In this document: positions 7,660-16,868 of the stretch, piece by piece
Numbering within the stretch: position 1 is the stretch's first letter
Layout: every line of letters starts with the position of its first letter
Origin: Caldilineae bacterium
GTDB lineage: Bacteria; Chloroflexota; Anaerolineae; DTLA01
Length of the DNA: 34,258 bases
Reading direction: 5' to 3'
Assembly (NCBI GenBank): GCA_037446815.1
Contig: JBBIHX010000017.1
Coordinates: 1 to 34,258, forward strand
Notes under the pieces: model-generated
The model's input: only the letters and a program-made list of their open reading frames with translations
Told to the model about the DNA's origin: nothing
The model's database searches: none
Made by a program: the position numbers and the translations under genes

Positions 7660-9788
7660 GTGAAATCGCGATTTCGGCTCCAAGAAGGGTGGAGCACCTA
7701 TTTCTTGCTCCTCATCATCCACGTGCTGGCCGTCTGGGCGCTGAGCGCCGCAGAATGGGCGGATGGCCTCGGCCTGCTCATCTGGGTCGTGTTTCTCGCC
7801 GTAACCCTGGGCGTCATCCTGGCCAAGCAGCGGTGGCTCCCCGGCATCGTCTCGCATATCTTCGCCACGCTGGTCGGCCTGGCGTGGACGGTGTTCCTCG
7901 TCAGCCACGTGTTGCCCGGCGCGCTGTCGGTGAAGGAGCGGATGCTGGCGCTGGTGTATCGGTTCCTGGATTGGCTGGCGGTGGCGCTGGGGCAGGGCAT
8001 CAGCAGCGACGGGGCGATCTTCGTGCTCCAGTTGGGCGCCCTGCTGTGGCTGATCGCGTACCTGGGCACGTGGTTCACCTTCCGGCGGCAGCAGGCGTGG
8101 GCGGCCATCATCCCCGTGGGCCTCGTGATTCTCATTAACTCGCTGTACGCGCCCAGCGGCATCGGCATCTACTTCGTCCTCTATCTGTTCTGCGCGCTCC
8201 TGCTCATCGTGCGGGTGCACGTGTTGGCCGAGCAGGTGCGTTGGCATGAGCAGCGTATCGCTTTCGCGCCCGACGTGGCCTGGGATTTTCTGCGCGACGG
8301 CCTCATCTTGTCGCTGGTGATCGTGCTATCCGCGCTGTTCCTGCCGAATGCGCTGGCAAACCCCAGGTGGAGCGACATCTGGGATAACTTTTCGCGCCCC
8401 TGGCAGCGGGTGCAGGACGAGTGGGCGCGGCTGTACTCAAGCCTGCGTTCCCAGCGCGCCCAGGAGGGTGTGGATTTCGGCCGGGCGCTGGCGCTGGGCG
8501 GGCCGGTGCGATTGAGCGACACGCCGTTCATGGTGGTGCAATCGTCGCGGCCCCTGTACTGGCGCGCCACCGTGTACGACGAGTACACCGGGCGCGGCTG
8601 GGTCAACTCGGACCGCGCCTCGGCCACGTGGCCCGCGGGGGAGTATTGGCCCGTGCCGGTGTTTGACGTGGCGCAGGAAATTACCCAGACCATCAGGCCG
8701 CTGGAGTCGGGCGAGTTCCGCGTGTACGCGGCGGGCCAGCCCATCTGGACCGACATTCCGGTCGCCGCCGATGTTACGTACATCGGCATGAGCCGAGGCG
8801 GCGTGATGGTATCCGGCCTGGCGGAGCCTTCGGGCATCCGCGCGCTTCGCCCGATTTCGCCCGACGCCGGATACACCGTCGTGTCGTCGGTTCCCACGGT
8901 CAGCCCGGGCAGGCTCCGCGCCGCCGGCACGAACTACCCCGCGTGGGTGTTGGAGCGGTACCTGGCCCTGCCGCCGACGCTGCCTTCGCGGGTGGTGGAG
9001 TTGGCGCAGCAGGTCGCCGCGGGCGCGACGACGCCCTACGATGCAGCCGCGGCGCTAGAGTCGTACCTGCGGCGCGAGTACAAGTACAATCAGTCGGTGG
9101 AAGCCCCGCCGCCGGGGGTTGACGCGGTGGATTACTTCCTGTTCGTCAGCAAGACCGGCTACTGCGACTACTACGCCTCGGCCATGGTGGTGATGCTGCG
9201 GGCTATCGGCATCCCNNNNNNNNNNNNNNNNNNNNNNNNNNNNNNNNNNNNNNNNNNNNNNNNNNNNNNNNNNNNNNNNNNNNNNNNNNNNNNNNNNNNN
9301 NNNNNNNNNNNNNNNCCGGCCAGGGCGAAGCGGCGCCCGCCGCAGCGCAGGCGCCCTTCCTGAGCGGGTGGCGGGCGGTGGCGGTGATCGCAGGGGGACT
9401 CGCCGGCCTGCTGGGCCTCGCCGCCGCGGCATGGTGGGGCGTGCGCGTGCGGAGGATGAAGCCGGCCGAGCGGCTGTTCGCGCGCGTGGTGTGGGCAGCG
9501 CGGCTGGCGGGCATCCCGCGGGGCGACAGCGAGACGCCGCGCGAGTTCGCCATGCGCCTTGCGCGCACCGTGGGCGGGTGCGATGCCGAGACGCTCTTCT
9601 TCGCCGACCTGTACTACCGCGAGCGTTTCAGCGGGCGCGGCGACGCGGGCGCGGATAGGGAGGCCGTCCGCCGCGCGTGGGGGACGGTTGTGGGCTGCGT
9701 GGCGCGCTACCAGTGGAAGCGGCTGCGCGGCATCCTGACGCCGAAGTCCCGCCCGCGCGTAACCCGCATGCCCATCCAGCGTTTGTAG
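7660..9788 (+). CDS. Membrane-anchored transglutaminase-like protein (DUF3488-TGc-DUF4129 architecture), interrupted by a gap
   Basis: Multiple N-terminal TM helices, YWRATVYDEYTGRGW, GYCDYYASAMVVMLRAIGIP catalytic Cys motif; after the gap a TM helix and SETPREFA...YYRERFS. GTG 7660 follows GGAG. Confidence 0.85.
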
Positions 9789-9802
9789 AGTATTCGCTTT
9801 TT

Positions 9803-10594
9803 CTATTCATAAATCGCCTCGCGGATGGACTGGGCCAGCGCGCCGAACTGCGGCGTGCTCATCACCGACAAGTCGCGCGGGCGCGGCAGCGGGATGCGCG
9901 TCTCCGACGATATCTGCCCAGGCCGCGGCGTCATCACGAGCACGCGGTCGCCCAGGAACACCGCTTCCGGAATGTTGTGCGTTACCATGATAACGGTCTT
10001 TCGCCGCGCTTGCCATATGCGCTGCAACTCCAGGTTCATCCGCTCGCGGGTCAGGGCATCCAGCGCGCCAAACGGCTCGTCCAGCAGGAGGATCTTCGGG
10101 TCGTACACCAGCGCGCGGGCGATGGCCACCCGTTGCTGCATCCCGCCGGAGAGTTCGCGCGGGCGGGCGCCCTCAAACCCGCGCAGCCCCACCAACTCCA
10201 GGACCGCGCGCGCGGCATCTTCGGCCTCGCGTAGGGGCACGCCCTGAATCTCCAGCGGCAGGGTAACGTTGCGCAACACGCTGCGCCAGGGCATCAGGTT
10301 GCCGTTCTGGAACACAAGGCCGATTTCCCGCACGGGCCCGTGGATTTCTGTGCCGTTGGCGCGCACGAACCCCGCCGTCGGCTCCAGGAGCCCGGCGAAC
10401 AGGTGCAGGAGCGTCGTCTTGCCGCAGCCCGACGGCCCCACGATGCAGACGAACTCGCCCTCTGCAGCCTGCATGTTCACCGCCGCTACTGCGGTAACCT
10501 CGCCCTGCGACGTGCAGTAGGTCTTGGTGAGGTCCACCGCCTCCAGCGCGGGATGCCCCATCGCGTTGGCCGTTTGCGCGCGTCGGTCGTCCAT
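9803..10594 (-). CDS. ABC transporter ATP-binding protein (SsuB/TauB-like), probable partner of RibXY
   Basis: GPSGCGKT, LSGGMQQR, LLLDEPFGALD, VTH; 3 bp from the binding-protein gene. Confidence 0.92.
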   Translation of the reverse strand: MDDRRAQTANAMGHPALEAVDLTKTYCTSQGEVTAVAAVNMQAAEGEFVCIVGPSGCGKTTLLHLFAGLLEPTAGFVRANGTEIHGPVREIGLVFQNGNLMPWRSVLRNVTLPLEIQGVPLREAEDAARAVLELVGLRGFEGARPRELSGGMQQRVAIARALVYDPKILLLDEPFGALDALTRERMNLELQRIWQARRKTVIMVTHNIPEAVFLGDRVLVMTPRPGQISSETRIPLPRPRDLSVMSTPQFGALAQSIREAIYE

Positions 10595-10597
10595 CGG

Positions 10598-11584
10598 CTA
10601 CTTCTTGGCCCCCTCCACGAATCGGTTGGTGAACAGCGCGCTCACCGCCGGAGCCTCCTGAATCAGCCCCACGGCCTTCATGAAGTCCACCGATGCCTGC
10701 CATGCCGCCTGACTGCTTTCGCCCAGGCGGTCGCTCTGCCACACTTCCACGCTCTTGTACAGCACGGCCTTCTGGAGCGGGATGTCGGTGCTCTTCATCT
10801 CGGGGATGAACTCCAGCGAAATCTCAAACGCCTCGTCGGGGTGATCCAGCGTGTATTGCAGGCCCCGAAGCGCCGCCCTCACCATCCCCTGCACCAGGTT
10901 CGGCTCCTTCTGGATGGTCTGCTCGTTGGTGATAAAGCCGTTGGACACCAGGTCAATGTAGTCGCTCACGGGGATGTCCACGATGGCATACCCCGCCTGG
11001 GCCAGTTGGACCGGCTCGTTCATGACGTAGCAGACGGCCGCATCCACCTGCCGCTCCACCAGCGCGGGCACCTGGGCGTAGCCGATGACCTGCAGCGTAA
11101 CCGACTCGGGGCTGATGCCCGTGGCGTAGAGCAGCGCCCGCCAGCCGACGTAACTGGCCCCGTAGGTCGCGGGAATGCCCACCGTCTTCCCGACCAGGTC
11201 CTGGGGCGTGCGGATCCCGCTGTCGGCCAGGGCAGTTACCGAGATGGGGTAGCGGCGGTACCAGTTCATCACGTACACGACGGGCAGCCCCTGCGAGCGC
11301 GCCAGGATGACCTGATCCCCGCTGGCCACGGCGAATTTCAACTCGTTGGTGCCCACCAGTTTCAGGATGTCCGTCTCCCAGCCGTAGTCAAACTTCACCT
11401 GGATGCCCTCTTCGGCGAAGTACCCCTTCTTGACTGCCACATAGACGGGCGCGAACTGCACGTTGGGGATGTAGCCCATCGCCAGGGTGATCTCCTGGGT
11501 GGGCCGCGGCGTCGGCTTGCACCCCGACGCGGCGATGGCTGCCCACAACGCCACCAGAATCAACGCGAACCGCAACGTTTTCAT
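10598..11584 (-). CDS. ribY: NMT1/THI5-like substrate-binding lipoprotein, probable riboflavin-binding RibY
   Basis: Lipobox ASGC, GYIPNVQFAPVYVA motif, GAGGAG RBS before ATG 11584; lies in an FMN-riboswitch operon. Confidence 0.8.
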   Translation of the reverse strand: MKTLRFALILVALWAAIAASGCKPTPRPTQEITLAMGYIPNVQFAPVYVAVKKGYFAEEGIQVKFDYGWETDILKLVGTNELKFAVASGDQVILARSQGLPVVYVMNWYRRYPISVTALADSGIRTPQDLVGKTVGIPATYGASYVGWRALLYATGISPESVTLQVIGYAQVPALVERQVDAAVCYVMNEPVQLAQAGYAIVDIPVSDYIDLVSNGFITNEQTIQKEPNLVQGMVRAALRGLQYTLDHPDEAFEISLEFIPEMKSTDIPLQKAVLYKSVEVWQSDRLGESSQAAWQASVDFMKAVGLIQEAPAVSALFTNRFVEGAKK

Positions 11585-11614
11585 GTTGTCCTCCTCGCAA
11601 GATAGAATGACCCA

Positions 11615-11647
11615 CCTACGTAGGGGCACGTCTCAGACCTGCCCCAC
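11615..11647 (+). repeat. GTAG-type REP-like hairpin between ribX and ribY
   Basis: GTAGGGGCACGTCTCAGACCTGCCCCAC, with GGGGCAxGTC/GACCTGCCCC arms. Confidence 0.65.
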
Positions 11648-11659
11648 TGTGCCCTCGGC

Positions 11660-12460
11660 CTACCGATGTTGCAGCAGAAGCGCCTCAACAAGCGAGATGG
11701 CGCCGTAGAGCGCGAGCGCAATCGCCACCAGCGTGAACAGCGCCACGAACAGCAGGGGCGTGTCAAACAGCCCCCGCGCCAGGTTGATGAGGAAGCCAAG
11801 CCCTCGGTCCGCGCCCACGAATTCGCCCACCACCGCGCCGATGACCGACAGCGTGGCGCCGATTTTCAGCCCGCCCAGGAGCACGGGCAGCGCCGCGGGC
11901 ACCTCCAACATGCGGAAGGTCTGCCAGCGCGACGCGCCCAACGACCGCATGAGTTCGCGCAGGTTGCGGTCCACCGAACGGATGCCCACCGCCGTGTTGA
12001 TGAGCACGGGCAGGAACAGCGTGAGGGCGCAGACCAGGATTTTGGACACACTCCCGAAGCCGAACCAAATGACCAGCAGTGGCGCCAGCGCGACGATGGG
12101 CACGGCTTGCGCGGCGACGATGTACGGCGACAGAATCCGATCCAGCGTGGGCGACTTGGCGATGACGTATCCGAGCAGCGTGGCGGTGCTCACCCCCAGC
12201 AGCAGCCCCGCGAAAATCTCAAACAGCGTGAGCGACGTATGGTACCACAGCGAGCCATCGGCAACGGCGATGAGGAACCGCGCCCAGACGCGGCCCGGCC
12301 CAGGCAGGATAAACGGCGGGTACTTCAAGATCGCTACCAGCGCCTCCCACAGGGCAAGAAAGACCACCACGCCGGCCACTGCGCCGCCAGCGCGACCTGC
12401 GAGCCGCCCCAGGCGTTGTGCGAGGCTCGGCTTCGTCTGAGGTTGGCAGGTTTCGGCCAT
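11660..12460 (-). CDS. ribX: ABC permease, probable riboflavin permease RibX
   Basis: SsuC/TauC-type permease (VPIVALAPLLVIWFGFG, VVGEFVGADRGLG); first gene after the FMN riboswitch. Start codon uncertain. Confidence 0.8.
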   Translation of the reverse strand: MAETCQPQTKPSLAQRLGRLAGRAGGAVAGVVVFLALWEALVAILKYPPFILPGPGRVWARFLIAVADGSLWYHTSLTLFEIFAGLLLGVSTATLLGYVIAKSPTLDRILSPYIVAAQAVPIVALAPLLVIWFGFGSVSKILVCALTLFLPVLINTAVGIRSVDRNLRELMRSLGASRWQTFRMLEVPAALPVLLGGLKIGATLSVIGAVVGEFVGADRGLGFLINLARGLFDTPLLFVALFTLVAIALALYGAISLVEALLLQHR

Positions 12461-12462
12461 AC

Positions 12463-12485
12463 AAAAACCCCACGGGCTTGGGGCC
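12463..12485 (-). terminator. Probable intrinsic terminator of the FMN riboswitch expression platform
   Basis: Minus strand GGCCCCA-AGCCCG-TGGGGTT-TTT immediately before the ribX ATG. Confidence 0.6.
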
Positions 12486-12554
12486 AGCGGGGCAGGAATT
12501 CAACCGACATCGCGCACGCGAAATCGCGAGGCATGCGCGTTGCCAATCGCGGAA

Positions 12555-12692
12555 CCTTCTCCCTTCCGGACTGTACCGTCGGCCCCGGCTTTGCACCGGA
12601 TCTGCTTGCGCTCGCGGGCTTGGCCTCGGCAATGAGACCTTACCGCCGATCGGGAATTGGCCTGGCTTGCAGGCCGCACCCTGCCCCGAAGG
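12555..12692 (-). ncRNA. FMN riboswitch (RFN element)
   Basis: Minus strand CCTTCGGGGCAGGGTG...AATTCCCGATCGGCGGTAA...AGCCCGCGAGC...GCAGATCCGGTGCAAAGCCGGGGCCGACGGTACAGTCCGGAAGGGAGAAGG matches RFN consensus blocks. Confidence 0.93.
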
Positions 12693-12716
12693 CTCCTGGA
12701 TATTCAACTTGCGCCG

Positions 12717-12745
12717 ATTATACACGGGCCTGACGGCGCTGTCAA
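12717..12745 (-). promoter_or_regulatory. Sigma70-type promoter of the riboswitch-ribXY operon
   Basis: TTGACA-17 bp-TATAAT, perfect consensus. Confidence 0.88.
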
Positions 12746-12753
12746 ACTCAGTG

Positions 12754-12828
12754 CACCGCGGAGGCGCAGAGTGCGCAGAGAGACTTTGATTCTATTTGTT
12801 CCTCTACGCTCTCTCTGTCTCCGCGGTG
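12754..12828. repeat. CACCGCGGAGGCGCAGAG...CTCTGTCTCCGCGGTG palindromic element
   Basis: Imperfect inverted arms; relatives at 15745-15806 and 20077-20212. Confidence 0.75.
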
Positions 12829-12933
12829 AGGCTNNNNNNNNNNNNNNNNNNNNNNNNNNNNNNNNNNNNNNNNNNNNNNNNNNNNNNNNNNNNNNNNNNN
12901 NNNNNNNNNNNNNNNNNNNNNNNNNNNNNNNNN

Positions 12934-13769
12934 CCGCAGGCGTCGCAGCGCAGCCCCTCCGCATCCCGCGAGGGCTGAGCGCCGCAGGCCGGGCATCGGA
13001 ACGTCAGGCGCTGCGTCGGCGGCGTAGGCGACCCGGCGCCGCGCGCGCGGATGAACACGCTGGGCGTCAACTGGAAGTAGCGCCCCGTCCACTGGAGCGC
13101 GGCATCGGCGCGGGCCAGGACGGGCGCCGGCACCAGGCGCTTCGGCAGCGCGGCGCGGAAATGGGAGACCGTGAGCCGCCGCTCCACCGAGAACCCCTTG
13201 GCGTGGAGCAGGTCATGCATCCAGCGCGGGTGGAAGTCCCAGTGCAGCGGGTGGTACTCCACGGGCGCGGGGTCAAAGGGATTCCACGCCTGCCGCCGCA
13301 GCGCGTAGCGGGCGATGGCCTTGAGGTTGCGCTTGTTGGCGAACTCCAGGACGTAGATGCCGCCGGGGGCCAGGATGCGGGCGATCTCGCCCATGAGCGC
13401 GGGAAGGTCCTCGGCGTGGTGGAGCACGCGGACGGTGAGCACGGCATCAAATGAGGCGTCGGCAAAGGGCATGTGATACCAGTTGGCGGCGACGTAGTGT
13501 ATCCTGTCGTCCCCCCAGGTGCGGCGGGCGTCGCGCAGTTGATCGTCCGAGTAGTCCAGCAAGACCACCTCGCCGAAGTGGCGGTACAGGGAGACCAGCC
13601 TGCCGAACCCCGCGCCGATTTCCAGCACGCGCGCCCCTTGGGCCGGTATCAGCCGCCTTAGCGCAAACCGCTCGGCGCGGTCCTCGTATTCGCGCCCTTC
13701 GCCCCAGAAGTCTCGCTTGTAGGTGCTCTCGCCGTAGTCTATGATGCGCGGTTGGGTCTTGCTTTCCAC
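12934..13769 (-). CDS. Class I SAM-dependent methyltransferase with C-terminal Zn-ribbon; 3' end lost in a gap
   Basis: VLEIGAGFGR motif I, MPFADASFDAV, RILAPGG; CPACG...CDAC just before the gap. Confidence 0.85.
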
Positions 13770-13781
13770 AGTCCTCTCCGA

Positions 13782-13797
13782 TGTTTCACGTGAAACA
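13782..13797. promoter_or_regulatory. parS: parS centromere-like site
   Basis: Exact TGTTTCACGTGAAACA, extending to an 18-bp perfect palindrome (13781-13798); parAB about 10 kb away. Confidence 0.92.
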
Positions 13798-14697
13798 TTG
13801 ACGCGCAGCCAGGCAGACGGCCAGGCGCGCGCCCACCTCGGCGTTGTGCGCCAGCAGCGCCAGGTTCGCCGACAGGGAGCGCCCTTCGGTAATCCGCGCC
13901 ACGTGCGCCAGGAGGTATGGCGTGATGGCCTTGCCGCGCACGCCCTCCCGCTCCGCGTCGGCCAGCGCCCGCGCGATGGCCTCCTCCACGAGATCGGCGG
14001 GCAGCGCGTCCTCTTCCGGTATCGGAACCCCCACCAGCACCGCCGTGGATAGCCCGGCGTCCCAGTGCGCGCGCACGAAGTCGCCCAGCGCCTCGGGCGT
14101 GTCCACCCGGAGGTCTACCGGCAGGCCACTGTCGCGGCAGTAGAAGGCGGGGAATCGCTCCGTCCGGTATCCCACCACGGGAACCCCGTGCGTCTCCAGC
14201 CATTCCAGCGTCAGCGGCAGGTCCAGGATGCTCTTCGCGCCGGAACACACCACGACCATGGGCGTGCGCGCGAGCATGGGCAAGTCCGCCGAAATGTCAA
14301 AGGGTTGCCCTCGGTGCACCCCGCCGATGCCGCCCGTAGCGAACACGTGGATTCCCGCCCGGTGGGCCAGGTGCATGGTCGCGGCCACCGTCGTGCCGCC
14401 GTCTTCGCCCTGCACGGCGCAAGCGGCGATGTCCCGCAGGCTCACCTTGCGCGGGCGCGGGCTTTCCGCCAGGCGAATGAGATCATCGTCCCCCAGCCCG
14501 ACGCGCGCCTGGCCCTGGAGCACGGCCACCGTTGCCGGGACGGCCCCATGCTCGCGGACGATGCGTTCCAGGCGACGGGCGATGTCCAGGTTATGGGGGC
14601 GGGGTAGCCCGTGGGTGATGACGGCGGATTCCAGCGCCACGACCGGCTTCCCCGCGCGCAGGGCGGCTTCAACCTCGGCAGATATATGAAGGCTCAT
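13786..14697 (-). CDS. psuG: Pseudouridine-5'-phosphate glycosidase
   Basis: PVVALESAVITHGLP, GTTVAAT, FATGGIGGVHRG, DISADL, SGAKSILD. Confidence 0.95.
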   Translation of the reverse strand: MSLHISAEVEAALRAGKPVVALESAVITHGLPRPHNLDIARRLERIVREHGAVPATVAVLQGQARVGLGDDDLIRLAESPRPRKVSLRDIAACAVQGEDGGTTVAATMHLAHRAGIHVFATGGIGGVHRGQPFDISADLPMLARTPMVVVCSGAKSILDLPLTLEWLETHGVPVVGYRTERFPAFYCRDSGLPVDLRVDTPEALGDFVRAHWDAGLSTAVLVGVPIPEEDALPADLVEEAIARALADAEREGVRGKAITPYLLAHVARITEGRSLSANLALLAHNAEVGARLAVCLAARQCFT

Positions 14698-15623
14698 ACA
14701 ACTAGTTTCTCATATAGGATGTCTACGCTCAGGTCGGGGCAGACGGTCTCTTCGCACTGGATGGTGGCGGCGGCGGCGGCCAATCCCAGGCGCACCGCGT
14801 CGTCCACGTCCATCTCGTTCAGCAGGCCGAAGATGACCGCTGCCGTCAGAGCATCCCCCGCGCCGGTCAGGTCCACGATCTCGCACGGCACGGCGGGCAG
14901 CGTCCCGCTGGATTCGCTGGTGGCGTAGCACAGCCCCTTCTCGGCCAGCGTAACGATGGCCACGCGCACGCCCATGGACACCAGGGCCTTGGCCGCGCGC
15001 AGGGCCTTGCTCTTGTTGGTAACCGGCAGGCCGGTCAGCACCTCGGCCTCGGCGGCGTTGGGCGTGATCATGTACAGTTCGCCCAGGTAGGGCTTCAGGC
15101 GCGGCGCAAGCCCTGTGGTGGTCGGGTCGGCGCACACGCGAATCTTGTGCTTGCGGGCCAACGTGAAGAGGGAGCGGAGCGTCCGCGGCGACAGGTTGGC
15201 GTCCACGGCGATGAGGCCAGCCTCGGCAATCACGCGGCGGTTGTAGTACACGTACTGCGGCGTAATCAGCGACAAGATGTCCATGTCGTGGATGGAGTAG
15301 ACCGGTTCGCCCCGCTCGTCGTAGATGGTCATGTAGGCGGCGGTGTGGAACTCGTCGGTGATGATGACGCGGTCAACATTGATGCCGCTTTCCTGGGCCT
15401 GGCTCAAGATGCGCCTGCCGGACCCGTCCTTGCCCAGGGCGGTGAGGAGCGTCGTAGGGACGCCCAGCCGCGCCAGGTTTTCGGCGATGTTGCGCGCCGA
15501 CCCGCCGACGCTGATGCGGATGTCGCCTTCGCACGACGTGCCCGCCTTGAGGCCTTTGTCGGGCCTGCCCTTCGTATCCATTGCCGCCGCACCGACAACA
15601 ACTACCGGCGGGTATTCGTCCAT
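14694..15623 (-). CDS. psuK: PfkB-family kinase, probable pseudouridine kinase
   Basis: GGSARNIAENLARLG, DLTGAGDA; ATGA-coupled to psuG; GGGAGGGAG RBS before ATG 15623. Confidence 0.82.
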   Translation of the reverse strand: MDEYPPVVVVGAAAMDTKGRPDKGLKAGTSCEGDIRISVGGSARNIAENLARLGVPTTLLTALGKDGSGRRILSQAQESGINVDRVIITDEFHTAAYMTIYDERGEPVYSIHDMDILSLITPQYVYYNRRVIAEAGLIAVDANLSPRTLRSLFTLARKHKIRVCADPTTTGLAPRLKPYLGELYMITPNAAEAEVLTGLPVTNKSKALRAAKALVSMGVRVAIVTLAEKGLCYATSESSGTLPAVPCEIVDLTGAGDALTAAVIFGLLNEMDVDDAVRLGLAAAAATIQCEETVCPDLSVDILYEKLVV

Positions 15624-15662
15624 GTCGCTCCCTCCCGTTTGGCGCTGATTGGCCGCTGCCCA

Positions 15663-15691
15663 AGAATAGCCGAGTTCCGATTGCGCGTCAA
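15663..15691 (-). promoter_or_regulatory. Candidate sigma70 promoter of psuK-psuG
   Basis: TTGACG-17 bp-TATTCT. Confidence 0.6.
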
Positions 15692-15703
15692 ACGGGGGCG
15701 GTG

Positions 15704-15806
15704 TCCGCGGATAACAAGGATGGCGCGGTCTACGGGCTGGATTCCACCGCAAGAGCGGGGAGAAACACCAAAGAAACGCTGCGCTCCCTGGGCCCTCTCC
15801 GCGGTG
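15704..15806. repeat. Degenerate palindromic repeats (CCGCGGATAAC type and CACCGC...GCGGTG type) after cydB
   Basis: Similarity to 1791-1849 and 12754-12828. Confidence 0.5.
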
Positions 15807-15821
15807 CGGAGTGGTGCGCCG

Positions 15822-16850
15822 CTAGTAGTGCTCCTCGCGGGGCTGCACCTTGCCGCGGAAGACCCAGTACACGTAGGCCGTGTACGCCAGCACCAGTGGC
15901 ACCCCGATGAGCGCGATGATGAACATCGTTTGCAGGGTCTTCTGCGAGGCTGAGGCGTTGAAGATGGTCAGCCCGTATGCGGCCACGTTGCGCGCCGGCA
16001 GGAGATACGGGTGATTGGCCGCGCCCCAGATGCCCATGATGGCCGCGATGGACAGGCTGGACAGCAGGAACGTTCGTCTAGGCGTTCCCCGCTGCAGGCT
16101 CACGCGGGTCAAGATGAGGAGCGCGAGCGCCGCAAGCGGGACGGCGAACGCGATGGGGTTGCGCGTGTAGTTGTCCAGCCGCTCGGGCACGTCGGCGACG
16201 ACCATCGCCCCCGCCACGACGAGCAGCACCACAAGCGCGGCCCAGGCCCAGATGCCGGCCTTTCGCGCCCGCTGCGCCAGCGCGCCGTTCGTCTTCACGG
16301 TGAGATACGCGGCCCCTTGCATGATGAACATGGCGAGCCCTGCCAACCCCACGACCAGCGCGAAGGGGTTGACAAGCGAGAAGAAGTCGCCCGCGAACTC
16401 CATCTGGGCGTCCAGCGGCACGCCCCGCATCACGTTTCCCACGGCCACGCCGGTGAGCAGCGCCGGAATCAGGCTACCCGCGAAGAAGACCCACCCCCAG
16501 GCCCGCCGCCACTTGGCGCTCTCCACCCGATGCCCGAATTCAAACGACACGGCGCGCAGGATGAGGGCGTAGAGCACCAACATCAGCGCCAGGTAGAACC
16601 CGCTGAACACCGTGGCGTACACGTGGGGGAAGGCCGCGAACAGCGCCCCACCCGCCGTGAGCAGCCAGACCTCGTTGCCGTCCCAGAACGGCCCGATGGC
16701 GCGGATGAGCGACCGCCGCTCTTTCTCATTCTTGGCGATGAACGGCGACAGCACGCCCACCCCCAGGTCAAACCCGTCCAGGATGGCGTACCCGACCAGC
16801 AGAACCCCTATCAGCAAGTACCATGCGTTTTGCAGAAAAGCGTGGCTCAT
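15822..16850 (-). CDS. cydB: Cytochrome bd quinol oxidase subunit II
   Basis: YAILDGFDLGVG, IGPFWDGNEVWL, GGALFAAFP, YWVFRGKV. Confidence 0.97.
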   Translation of the reverse strand: MSHAFLQNAWYLLIGVLLVGYAILDGFDLGVGVLSPFIAKNEKERRSLIRAIGPFWDGNEVWLLTAGGALFAAFPHVYATVFSGFYLALMLVLYALILRAVSFEFGHRVESAKWRRAWGWVFFAGSLIPALLTGVAVGNVMRGVPLDAQMEFAGDFFSLVNPFALVVGLAGLAMFIMQGAAYLTVKTNGALAQRARKAGIWAWAALVVLLVVAGAMVVADVPERLDNYTRNPIAFAVPLAALALLILTRVSLQRGTPRRTFLLSSLSIAAIMGIWGAANHPYLLPARNVAAYGLTIFNASASQKTLQTMFIIALIGVPLVLAYTAYVYWVFRGKVQPREEHY

Positions 16851-16868
16851 TGCAATCCTCCCGATGGA

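Noticed and set aside
9316..9788. Separate 136-aa gene or frameshifted pseudogene after the transglutaminase ORF
   Set aside because: The frame change occurs across an arbitrary 100-N gap; the segment looks like the normal C-terminal domain of the same protein.
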